Of a stretch of 64,000 nt of DNA, positions 28,503-36,946 are shown in pieces (the first letter of the stretch is position 1; every line of letters begins with the position of its first letter). Source of the DNA: an uncultured Chloroflexia bacterium (GTDB lineage Bacteria > Chloroflexota > Limnocylindria > Limnocylindrales > CSP1-4); the NCBI GenBank assembly GCA_963749705.1, contig CAVVNQ010000008.1, positions 331,692-395,691 of the forward strand, read 5' to 3'. The notes below the pieces were generated by a model. The model was not told the origin of the DNA. It did no database searches and saw only the letters and a list, made by a program, of their open reading frames with translations. The position numbers were made by a program, and so were the translations under genes.

Positions 28503-28822
28503 GCCGATGGGTCGGCATCACCGGACGCCTGGGCTGCGGCGGAGTCGCCTGCGCCCGATCGCGGTCCGGGAGCCGAAAACTTCGACGCCCGGAGGGAGTA
28601 CCGACACCGGGATGCCGGTCACGTCCTTCCGGGCGCCCACCGCGACGGCCCTTGCGGACCGCCGACGCTGGCAACGAAGCGCCCGAAGCGACCGGAGAGC
28701 GTCGGTCCTTGATGTGATCGCGGACCTGACGCCGGCGTGGCCTTGAGGTGATCTCAGCCGGCCGGGTGGAACGGGCTTGAGGCGATCGCCTCCGTTCCGG
28801 GCCTCCATCGGCCCCTTCGGGC
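28503..28822 (-). ncRNA. Putative novel structured ncRNA (~310 nt) with three tandem loop-conserved hairpins
   Basis: Own promoter; ends pair (GCCGAUGG/CCAUCGGC); three hairpins with loops GCGAUCGCCUCAA, GAGAUCACCUCAA and GCGAUCACAUCAA; GCAA tetraloop and G-U pairs favour the minus strand. Confidence 0.7.
28707..28787. repeat. Three 13-bp direct repeats at an exact 34-bp period
   Basis: CCTTGATGTGATC (28707), CCTTGAGGTGATC (28741), GCTTGAGGCGATC (28775), separated by unrelated 21-bp spacers. Confidence 0.9.
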
Positions 28823-28829
28823 AGGACCC

Positions 28830-28858
28830 ACACTAGGGGCGCCGCGCCCGACCTCCAA
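28830..28858 (-). promoter_or_regulatory. Sigma70-like promoter for the putative ncRNA
   Basis: Minus strand TTGGAG-N17-TAGTGT. Confidence 0.6.
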
Positions 28859-28863
28859 GCGGG

Positions 28864-28938
28864 TTGTCCACCAACCGCGGGCCACGGCCCGTCCCGTCGT
28901 CCACGAGTTTTCCTCCCCTGTGGACGACCTGTGGACGA
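28864..28938. promoter_or_regulatory. Cluster of four DnaA-box-like 9-mers
   Basis: TTGTCCACC (28864), TCGTCCACG (28897), TGTGGACGA (28919, 28930); 1-2 mismatches to the high-GC box TTGTCCACA. Confidence 0.55.
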
Positions 28939-28965
28939 GCGGGCCTCCCCGGGTGTCGGGCGGCG

Positions 28966-30078
28966 CTAGCCGCCCAGCGCGAACATCTCCACCTTGGGCA
29001 GCAATTCCGTGGCGGCGCTGCGCAGCTCCGAGTACCGGTCGGTGCGCACCGCCCACACGGCCCGCAGCCGCGCCTCGAGCTCCGCGTCCGTCTCGCCGTC
29101 TCGCAGCGGCGTCTTGAGGTCCGTCCCGTGCACCGCGAACAGGCAGGTGTACAGGTGACCCTCGGCAGACAGCCTCGCCCGGGTGCAGTCGCCGCAGAAC
29201 GGCCGGCTGACCGAGGCGATCACGCCGACCTCGCCCGAGCCGTCGCGGAACCGGTACCGGCCGGCCACCTCCCCGCGATAGTTGGCGCCGACGGGCTCCA
29301 GGGGCAGCTCGGCATCGATCGCCGCCAGGATCTCGTCCGCGGGCACCACGTCATCGAGGCGCCAGCCATTCGAGTGCCCCACGTCCATGTACTCGATGAA
29401 CCGCAGGACGAGGCCCCGGTCCCGCGCCCACCGCACGAGCGGCAGGATCGACGCCTCGTTCATGCCCCGGCGCACGACCGTGTTCACCTTGATCGGCGTG
29501 AGGCCGGCGGCGCGGGCCGCGTCGATGCCGTCGAGAACCCGCGACACGGGGAAGTCGACGCCGTTCATCGTGCCGAACACGCGATCGTCGAGCGAGTCGA
29601 GGCTGACGGTGATCCGCCGCAGTCCGGCGTCGGCGAGCGGAGCGGCGAGGGCACGCAGCGCGGAGCCGTTCGTGGTCAGGGTGAGGTCGACCGGTTGCCC
29701 GTCCTCCGTGCGCAGCTTCGCCAGGTGCCCGATCAGGACCGGCAGGTCGCGACGGACCAGCGGCTCACCGCCCGTGATCCTGAGCTTGCCCACGCCGAGC
29801 CGGACGAAGATGCCGGCCAGTCGCGCGATCTCCTCGAACGTCAGCACCTCCGCCCGCGGCAGGAACGCGAAGTCGCGGCCGAACACCTCGGCCGGCATGC
29901 AGTACGGGCAGCGGAAGTTGCAGCGGTCGGTCACCGAGATCCGCAGGTCGCGCAGGGCGCGGCCGAGACGATCCGTCACGCCGGGGCGCCCATCGAACTC
30001 GAGCGCCGAGGCAGACGCGGGTGCGGCGGCGAGCGAGGTTCCAGGCGGGCGGAGGGGAGGATCGGGGACGGGTGCCAT
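28966..30078 (-). CDS. moaA: GTP 3',8-cyclase
   Basis: LRISVTDRCNFRCPYCM radical SAM motif, FCGDCTRARL...C and C-terminal ALGG; TACCAT lies 6 nt before ATG 30078. Confidence 0.97.
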   Translation of the reverse strand: MAPVPDPPLRPPGTSLAAAPASASALEFDGRPGVTDRLGRALRDLRISVTDRCNFRCPYCMPAEVFGRDFAFLPRAEVLTFEEIARLAGIFVRLGVGKLRITGGEPLVRRDLPVLIGHLAKLRTEDGQPVDLTLTTNGSALRALAAPLADAGLRRITVSLDSLDDRVFGTMNGVDFPVSRVLDGIDAARAAGLTPIKVNTVVRRGMNEASILPLVRWARDRGLVLRFIEYMDVGHSNGWRLDDVVPADEILAAIDAELPLEPVGANYRGEVAGRYRFRDGSGEVGVIASVSRPFCGDCTRARLSAEGHLYTCLFAVHGTDLKTPLRDGETDAELEARLRAVWAVRTDRYSELRSAATELLPKVEMFALGG

Positions 30079-30313
30079 GGCGCCATGGTAGTCGGCCGGC
30101 CGCAACGTGCCCCGATCCGGGGGTCGGATCGGTCCGCGGGCCCAACCGCGGCCTGCACCGGGAGGCGGTGCACCGATGCCACGACCCCCACCCGCCGGTA
30201 CCACCGGGATGCCCCACTGGTACCTCTAGCGACTCCACCGGAGCCCACCGGCCCGCCTATTGTCAGGCCAACGCCCGGTTCTCGGTCCCCGAGTGCAGAG
30301 GAACTTCCCGGTC

Positions 30314-32002
30314 ATGGCATCAACCGACACGCGCTCCGGATTCCGGCTCCCCTGGAGCTCGGACCGCTCCAAGGACGAAGACCAGCCCGAGTCACCCGAT
30401 GCAGCCGTCGGGTCAGCCGACCCGACTGACACGCGCGAAGCCCAATCCGACGATGGAACCTGGCCGGTGGTCGATGCCCACGTGCCGCCCGACACGATCG
30501 ACTCCGATGCCAGCCAGACCGACACCGACGCGTCATCCGCCCCCACCCCCGAGGAGCCCCAGGCCATGGTCGACACTGTCAGCGTCACGGCGCCCAAGCT
30601 CGCGGTCGCGCCGAAGAAGCCATCCAAGCTGATCGCCGACCTTGCCGCCGCCATGCGCACGACGGCGGAGTCCGCCCGCGAGCAGGCGGTGTCGCAGCTC
30701 GAGGCCGATGCCACCAAGGTTGTGGAGCAGATCCGCGCCGGCGCGACCGACGGGGCCGCGGCGCTGCACCAGCGCGCCGACGACGACATCGCATCGATCC
30801 GGGAGTGGTCGAAGGCGGAGATCGCACGCGTCCGCGAAGAGACCGACCACCGGATCAGTGACCGCAAGGCCGCGCTCGAGTCCGAGGTCGCCGGCCACGC
30901 CGCCGCGATCGACCGACGTGTCGAGGCGGTGGAGCGCACGGTCGCCGAGTACCAGGCCGAGATGGCCGACTTCTTCGACCGGCTGCTCCAGGAGGATGAC
31001 CCCGGGCAGCTGGCGACCATCGCGGAGACGATGCCCGAGCCGCCGACCCTCGATGGCTGGGCGAACCTCGAGGACCTCGAGATCGACGTTTCGGGTTCGG
31101 ACGATCCGGCCACGGCGGCGGAGGCGGAGGCCGAGGCGATCGCCGAGGCTTCGGCCGAGGCAGAGCCCGCGGCAGAGGTCGTGATCGAAGGCACGGCAGA
31201 CGCCGAGCCGGGCGACGACGCGGAGGCGACGGTCGAAGGCGATGCCACCGACGACGCCGACGCCGGCACCGAGACCACGGGCGAGGCACAGGGCTACGGC
31301 AAGGCGTTCGATCCATGGGGCGCGGACGAGAGCTGGGTCAAGACCTCCGGGTCGACGGCCGTCGCGGAGGCACCCGCCGAGGCGCCCGCGAGCGAGACGA
31401 ATCCATGGGGCCCCGCCGTCCAGGCCGCACCCGACGCCGGGGATGCGGAGCGGGAGGCGATGCTGTCAGCCCTCGAGGCCGCGGCCGAGGCGATCGCAGC
31501 CGAAGAGCCGGCAACGGACTCGAGCTTCGACGGCTACGACGCATCGATGGCCGACGCGGAGGCCGAAGCCGGGACCCTGTCAGCGGACGACGCCGACGCG
31601 GCGATGTCCGCACGCATCGGGACCGCCGACCCCGCCCCCGACGACGCTGACACCGCATCGACCGAGCTCGACCAGTCGCTGGTCGACCGGCTCGCGAGCC
31701 TGATCCCCGGTGGCGAGGAGATTGACGAGTCGACGCTCCAGCAGACGCAGGTCGCGGTCACCGGGCTGGTGTCCGTCGCGAGCATCGCCAGCTTCAAGCG
31801 GCATCTCAACCGGACGCCGGGCGTCCAGCGCGTCACCGTCTCGTCCGGACCGAAGGGCGAGTTCGTGTTCGCCGTCACCCACCGCGACGACGTGTCGCTG
31901 AGCGACACGATCCCGACGATGCCCGGGTTTGCCGCCCGGGTGACGGGTGTCGACGACGACGGCATCAATGTCGAGGCACGTGACCCCGAGTCGGAGGGCT
32001 GA
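30314..32002 (+). CDS. Highly acidic coiled-coil protein with a small C-terminal alpha/beta domain, function unknown
   Basis: 563 codons with strong GC3 bias; central heptad-like A/E/R segment; long D/E/A low-complexity linkers. Confidence 0.8.
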   Translation: MASTDTRSGFRLPWSSDRSKDEDQPESPDAAVGSADPTDTREAQSDDGTWPVVDAHVPPDTIDSDASQTDTDASSAPTPEEPQAMVDTVSVTAPKLAVAPKKPSKLIADLAAAMRTTAESAREQAVSQLEADATKVVEQIRAGATDGAAALHQRADDDIASIREWSKAEIARVREETDHRISDRKAALESEVAGHAAAIDRRVEAVERTVAEYQAEMADFFDRLLQEDDPGQLATIAETMPEPPTLDGWANLEDLEIDVSGSDDPATAAEAEAEAIAEASAEAEPAAEVVIEGTADAEPGDDAEATVEGDATDDADAGTETTGEAQGYGKAFDPWGADESWVKTSGSTAVAEAPAEAPASETNPWGPAVQAAPDAGDAEREAMLSALEAAAEAIAAEEPATDSSFDGYDASMADAEAEAGTLSADDADAAMSARIGTADPAPDDADTASTELDQSLVDRLASLIPGGEEIDESTLQQTQVAVTGLVSVASIASFKRHLNRTPGVQRVTVSSGPKGEFVFAVTHRDDVSLSDTIPTMPGFAARVTGVDDDGINVEARDPESEG

Positions 32003-32006
32003 CCTG

Positions 32007-33236
32007 ATGACCTCCACCGCCGGCCGCCCCGCGATCGCCGTGATGCTCCCGGCCGGCGAGCGCGATCCGATTGCCGCCGAGCTCCGTTCCAGCAACTTCG
32101 AACCGCTCCTGGTCGTCGACGCGGGAGAGCTCGCCGCGGTGCTCGCGGCTCGCCGCGACGTGGTCGTCGCGGTGCTCGATCTCGAGACCGACCCGGAGGA
32201 AGGCGCCGCTGCCCGGGGCGTCCTGCAGGATGCCGCGCACGCGATCCCGGCGCTCCTGATCGTCAAGGCGGCGACGCTCGAGCGCCTCGACAGCGGGGCA
32301 CCCGGTCGCGAGGACGACGAGTACATCACGCGTCCGTATTCGGCCGAGTCGATCCGCTGGCGGGTCGAGGCGATGTGCATCCGGTCGGTCGCCGTCGACG
32401 ACGGCAGCGGGCCGGTCCTGCAGTCGGCGATCACATCGAGCGACTGGAACCACCGCGGCCAGCTGATCGCGATCTTCAACCCCAAGGGTGGCGTCGGAAA
32501 GACGACCCTGGCCACCAACCTTGCCGCATCGCTGACCTCCAAGGGAAAGCGCGTCCTGCTGGTGGACGCCGACACCGTCACCGGCCACGTGACCACGTCG
32601 CTGGGCATGGAGGGTGTCCAGTCCGTCGTCGACGCCTGGCGCGACGAGCTCGACGGTGGTCCGGTGCAGTCGTTCGACGAGCTCGCCGCCGTCCATTCCT
32701 CGGGACTCAAGGTGCTTCCGCTCACGTCCAGCCCGATCCACACCGAGGTCCTCGAGCCGCAGCGCGTCGCCGCGGCCGTGACCGTGGCCCGGCGTGGCGT
32801 CGAGTTCGTGGTGATCGACCTCCATCCGTCGTACAGCCCGCTCAACCGGGCGTTGTTCGACCACGCTGACCGGATCCTGGTCCCGGTGACCCCCGACCTT
32901 CCCGCGATCCGCGCGGTCGTCCAGCTGCGCGATGTCGCCGAGGAGCTGGGCATGCGCGAGCGACTCGAGCTGATCGTCAACCGGGCCAACAGCGGGGTGT
33001 CGGTCGAGGACCTGGAGAAGGCGATCGGGATCCCGGCCTACGCGCAGATCCGCTCGGACGGGCTGCTCCTGGTCAAGGCCGCCAACGAGGGCAAGACGGT
33101 CGTCGAGATGGCGCCCAAGGAGAAGATCACCCAGGACTTCCACGCGATCGCCGATCGCATGCTCGGCGTCACCACGCCGGTGCCGGCCAAACCGGCGATG
33201 CGCCTGTTCGGGCGCGCCGTCAGCGCCCGAGCCTGA
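32007..33236 (+). CDS. Receiver-like domain + CpaE/TadZ/MinD-family ATPase
   Basis: N-terminal pseudo-receiver (VAVLDL...DEYITRPY); deviant Walker A KGGVGKT, LLVDAD, LIVNR, AANEG. Confidence 0.88.
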   Translation: MTSTAGRPAIAVMLPAGERDPIAAELRSSNFEPLLVVDAGELAAVLAARRDVVVAVLDLETDPEEGAAARGVLQDAAHAIPALLIVKAATLERLDSGAPGREDDEYITRPYSAESIRWRVEAMCIRSVAVDDGSGPVLQSAITSSDWNHRGQLIAIFNPKGGVGKTTLATNLAASLTSKGKRVLLVDADTVTGHVTTSLGMEGVQSVVDAWRDELDGGPVQSFDELAAVHSSGLKVLPLTSSPIHTEVLEPQRVAAAVTVARRGVEFVVIDLHPSYSPLNRALFDHADRILVPVTPDLPAIRAVVQLRDVAEELGMRERLELIVNRANSGVSVEDLEKAIGIPAYAQIRSDGLLLVKAANEGKTVVEMAPKEKITQDFHAIADRMLGVTTPVPAKPAMRLFGRAVSARA

Positions 33237-33266
33237 CCGCGCGACGCACCGCCGCCGGGTCCGCCC

Positions 33267-33923
33267 TCAGCGCGACCGGTCCTGCCAGCTGACGCCGCCC
33301 AGGGGCTGACCCGGCAGCCGCTGGTGCCGTTCACCGGTCCGCAGGTCGATCTGCTCCACGCCGCGCAGGTAGAACCGGTTCACGAGGATCGCCTCGACCT
33401 CGGGGTCGCTCACCTCGACATCGCCCAGCCGGGCGACCGCGCCCACGACGGGCACGAACATCTCCGACGAGCGGTCGAGGAGGCGGTCCGGCTCCGACCC
33501 CGGATGGAGGTACACGGTCCCCGCGACCCGGAACGGCGGCGCGTCGAGGCCGACCTCGTAGGCGATCTTGTGCACCTTGAGCGCTGCCCGCTCGCTGTCG
33601 GTCAGCGGCGGCAGGCTCGCCTCGCCGGCCGTCACCAGGATCAGGTCGTACGGATCGACGCTCTGGAGGCCGGGCGCAGGCTCGAGCGGCGCCGACCCGT
33701 CGGGCGGGCCCCAGGTCACATCGGTGATGGCGATCGCCTCTCGGCGGTTGAGCGCGTCCGACAGGCGGCCGCTGATCTCCATCCGCCCCGACAGGCGCCA
33801 GTCCTCGGTGAGCGCGATGAACGGCACCCCGCGCCGGGAGCCGGTCCGCGGGCCGCTGCTCGGGACGGGCGTGGAGGCTGGGGCGTCCGCCGCCTTGGTG
33901 CGCTTCAGGAACCCGAACGGCAC
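33267..33923 (-). CDS. Hypothetical protein with two similar beta-rich domains (DUF6812-like)
   Basis: WRLSGRMEISGRLSDALN and FRVAGTVYLHPGSEPDRLLD are internally similar; GTG start just after the acs stop. Confidence 0.7.
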   Translation of the reverse strand: MPFGFLKRTKAADAPASTPVPSSGPRTGSRRGVPFIALTEDWRLSGRMEISGRLSDALNRREAIAITDVTWGPPDGSAPLEPAPGLQSVDPYDLILVTAGEASLPPLTDSERAALKVHKIAYEVGLDAPPFRVAGTVYLHPGSEPDRLLDRSSEMFVPVVGAVARLGDVEVSDPEVEAILVNRFYLRGVEQIDLRTGERHQRLPGQPLGGVSWQDRSR

Positions 33924-33927
33924 CCGG

Positions 33928-35898
33928 TCACTCCTCTTCCGCCTTGCCGGTGTTCGACCGGATGGTGTCCACGACGGTGGCATCGGCGAGCGTGGTCACG
34001 TCGCCCAGGACCCGGCCCTCGGCGATGTCGCGGAGCAGCCGGCGCATGATCTTGCCCGACCGCGTCTTGGGCAGGTCCGGCACGAACATCAGGAACTTCG
34101 GGCGCGCGATCGGGCCGATCACGTAGGCCACGTGCTCCCGAAGCTGGACCCCCAGCGCGTCGGACGGCTCCTGGCCCGACTTGAGGATCACGAATGCGAA
34201 GATCGCCTGGCCACTGACCGCGTCGGTCTTGCCCACCACGGCCGCCTCCGCGACCGACCGGTGGTCGACGAGTGCCGACTCCACCTCGGCGGTGCTGATC
34301 CGGTGACCTGCCACGTTCATCACGTCGTCCACGCGACCGAGCAGCCACAGGTAGCCCTCCTCGTCGCGCTTGGCGCCATCGCCCGCGAAGTACATCCCGG
34401 GGAACCGGCTCCAGTACGTCTTGCGGTACCGCTCCGGGTCCCCGTAGATCCCGCGGAGCATCGCGGGCCACGGCCGCTTGAGCACGAGGTAGCCGCCACC
34501 ACCCAGCGGCACTGACCGGCCATCGGCATCGACGACGTCCACGTCGATCCCGGGCAGGCCGAACGTCGCCGAGCCGGGCTTGGTCGTGGTCACGCCGGGC
34601 AGCGGGCTGATCAGGATCTGGCCGGTCTCCGTCTGCCACCACGTGTCGACCACCGGCGTCCGATCGCCACCGATGACGTCGCGATACCAGCGCCAGGCCT
34701 CGGGGTTGATCGGCTCGCCGACCGACCCCAGCAGCCGCAGGCTCGACAGGTCGTGGCTGCGCGGGATCTCCTCGCCCTGCTTCATGAACGCGCGGATCGC
34801 CGTCGGCGCGCAGTACAGGATGCTGACCTTGTAGTCCTCGACGATCTGCCACCAGCGGTCCCAGGTCGGCGAATCGGGAGCGCCCTCGTACATCACGCCG
34901 GTGGTCGCGTTGGCCAGCGGCCCGTACACGATGTACGAGTGCCCGGTCACCCAGCCGATGTCGGCGGCGCACCAGTACACGTCGTCGGGCTTGATGTCGA
35001 ACACGGCCCAGTGGGTGAACGCCGATCCCAGCAGGTACCCGGCGGTCGTGTGCAGGATCCCCTTGGGCTTGGCCGTGGTCCCTGACGTGTACAGCAGGTA
35101 CAGCATGTGCTCGGAATCGACCGGGACCGGCGGGCACACGTCGCTCTGGCGGTCGACGATCTCGTGCCACCAGTGGTCACGGCGCGGGACCATGTGGGCG
35201 CCGTCGCCGAAGCGGTCGACGACGATCACGTGTTCGATCGTCGGGGCGTTGGCGACCGCCTCGTCCGCGTGGTGCTTGAGGCCCACCTTCTTGCCCCGCC
35301 GCCAGCCACCGTCCGAGGTGATCAGCACCCTGGCGCCGCAGTCGTTGATCCGCCCCGACAGCGCCTCGGCCGAGAACCCGCCGAACACGACCGTGTGGGG
35401 AGCGCCGATCCGGGCGCAGGCGAGCATCGCGATGGCGAGCTCGGGGATCATCGGCAGGTAGATCGCGACCCGGTCGCCCTTGCGCACGCCGAGCTCGAGC
35501 AGCGCGTTGGCCGCCCGGCTGGTCTCGCGCTGCAGGTCCGCGTAGGTGAGCGTGCGCGTGTCACCCGGCTCGCCGATCCAGTGGTAGGCGACCTTGTCGC
35601 CCAGCCCACGCTCCACGTGCCGGTCGACGCAGTTGTAGGCGATGTTGAGCTCGCCGCCGGTGAACCACTTGGCGAACGGCTCGTCCCACTCGAGCGTCCT
35701 GTCGAAGGGCGTGAACCAGCTGATCCGCTCGCGGGCCTGGCGCTCCCAGAAGCCCACGTAGTCCGCGTTCGCCTCGTCGTACAGCGCGGCCGTCGCGTTG
35801 GCCTGGGCCGCGAACGCCGGATCGGGCGGGAAGGTGCGCTTCTCCGCCAGGAGGTTCTCGATCTCCGGTCCGGTCTGACCCCGGGGCTCAACGCTCAC
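33928..35898 (-). CDS. acs: Acetyl-CoA synthetase
   Basis: YTSGTTAKPKG, DTWWQTETG, GRVDDV, PKTRSGKIMRR. Confidence 0.97.
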   Translation of the reverse strand: MSVEPRGQTGPEIENLLAEKRTFPPDPAFAAQANATAALYDEANADYVGFWERQARERISWFTPFDRTLEWDEPFAKWFTGGELNIAYNCVDRHVERGLGDKVAYHWIGEPGDTRTLTYADLQRETSRAANALLELGVRKGDRVAIYLPMIPELAIAMLACARIGAPHTVVFGGFSAEALSGRINDCGARVLITSDGGWRRGKKVGLKHHADEAVANAPTIEHVIVVDRFGDGAHMVPRRDHWWHEIVDRQSDVCPPVPVDSEHMLYLLYTSGTTAKPKGILHTTAGYLLGSAFTHWAVFDIKPDDVYWCAADIGWVTGHSYIVYGPLANATTGVMYEGAPDSPTWDRWWQIVEDYKVSILYCAPTAIRAFMKQGEEIPRSHDLSSLRLLGSVGEPINPEAWRWYRDVIGGDRTPVVDTWWQTETGQILISPLPGVTTTKPGSATFGLPGIDVDVVDADGRSVPLGGGGYLVLKRPWPAMLRGIYGDPERYRKTYWSRFPGMYFAGDGAKRDEEGYLWLLGRVDDVMNVAGHRISTAEVESALVDHRSVAEAAVVGKTDAVSGQAIFAFVILKSGQEPSDALGVQLREHVAYVIGPIARPKFLMFVPDLPKTRSGKIMRRLLRDIAEGRVLGDVTTLADATVVDTIRSNTGKAEEE

Positions 35899-35961
35899 GG
35901 CACCTCCAACTGTGTCCAGGGCGCCATTCTAAGCGGCGCGCCCGCTGCGGCACGAGAACGG

Positions 35962-36912
35962 TCAACCGGCCTCCGCCGGATCGTCCGCCGATTCCTCCGT
36001 GGCCGCCTCCGGCGCGACGTTCCCGGCCGGCGCGTCGGGCGTCGCCGGGCGGCTGATGACGACCCGGTGCGGGAACGGGATCTCGATGCCCTTCTCGGCG
36101 AACGCGGCCAGCAGCCGCCGGCGGAGCTCGCCGGCCACGGCCCACTGCTCCGCGGCCCGGACGCTGCCCAGCACCTTGATCGTGACGCCCGAATCGGCAA
36201 GCTCCTGCACCCGCAGCATGGCCGGCGGCTCGAGCAGCTGGCGGCGCCAGTCGGGATCGTCGTACATCGCCTGGCCGACGGCGTTCACGGTGGCGGCGAC
36301 CAGGTCCATGTCGCTGTCGTACGCGACCTGGACGTTCTCGTTGATGCGCGCCCACACCCGGGTCCGGTTGGACGCCACGCGGATCTCGCCGTTGGGCACC
36401 GTATGGACGGTCCCGCTCAGGTCCCGCAGCGTCGTGCGCCGAAGGCTGAAGTCCTCGACGCTCCCCGAGACATCGGCGATCGTGACCACGTCGCCCACGC
36501 TGAACTGGTTCTCGATCAGGATCAGCGCCCCGTTGAAGTAGTCCTTGACCAGGCTCTGGGCCCCGAACCCGACCGCGATCCCCAGGATCCCGAGGCCCGC
36601 GATCGCGGGGCCGATGTTGAGGCTGAGCTGGTCCAGGATCATGACCAGGGCGATCAGCAGGATGAACACCCGGATCACGGTCGCGCCCAGGTCATCGAGC
36701 GTGTCCATCCGCTTCTTGATCTCCACGGCGGACAGCTCCTGCGCGGTCCCCTCGGCGACCTCACGGTCGAGCAGCCGCTTGAAGATGCCGAGGATGACGC
36801 TGTGCGACAGCCGGATCAGGACGGCTGCGAGCACGAGGATCAGGGCGATCGGGAGGATCGGGTCCTGGAGCAGCGACAGCAGCTCGTCCTGGACGTCGGG
36901 AGGGATGTTCAT
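35962..36912 (-). CDS. mscS: Small-conductance mechanosensitive channel (YbiO-like)
   Basis: GIAVGFGAQSLVKD, ENQFSVGD, LRRTTLRD, VPNG, IEIPFP. Confidence 0.92.
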   Translation of the reverse strand: MNIPPDVQDELLSLLQDPILPIALILVLAAVLIRLSHSVILGIFKRLLDREVAEGTAQELSAVEIKKRMDTLDDLGATVIRVFILLIALVMILDQLSLNIGPAIAGLGILGIAVGFGAQSLVKDYFNGALILIENQFSVGDVVTIADVSGSVEDFSLRRTTLRDLSGTVHTVPNGEIRVASNRTRVWARINENVQVAYDSDMDLVAATVNAVGQAMYDDPDWRRQLLEPPAMLRVQELADSGVTIKVLGSVRAAEQWAVAGELRRRLLAAFAEKGIEIPFPHRVVISRPATPDAPAGNVAPEAATEESADDPAEAG

Positions 36913-36946
36913 GGTCCCCAAGCCTAGCGCGCGGGCCGGGCCGGGG

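Noticed and set aside
28707-28787. CRISPR, TIGR or type III antitoxin array
   Set aside because: Only three 13-bp repeats; the spacers form the hairpin stems; there is no cas, Tas or ToxN-like gene nearby, and whole units are not conserved.
28503-28822. RNase P, tmRNA, SRP RNA or Moco/purine riboswitch
   Set aside because: No GAGGAAAGUCC, no tRNA-like ends, no complete SRP helix-8 motif; it lies downstream of moaA, and punA has its own leaderless promoter.
28518-28833. 96-aa and 117-aa minus-strand ORFs over the structured element
   Set aside because: Arg-rich with no recognisable domain; the 96-aa ORF uses several codons rare in neighbouring genes, and the 34-nt repeats fall in different frames.
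28864-28938. Chromosomal oriC
   Set aside because: Only four imperfect boxes, no AT-rich unwinding element and no dnaA/dnaN context.
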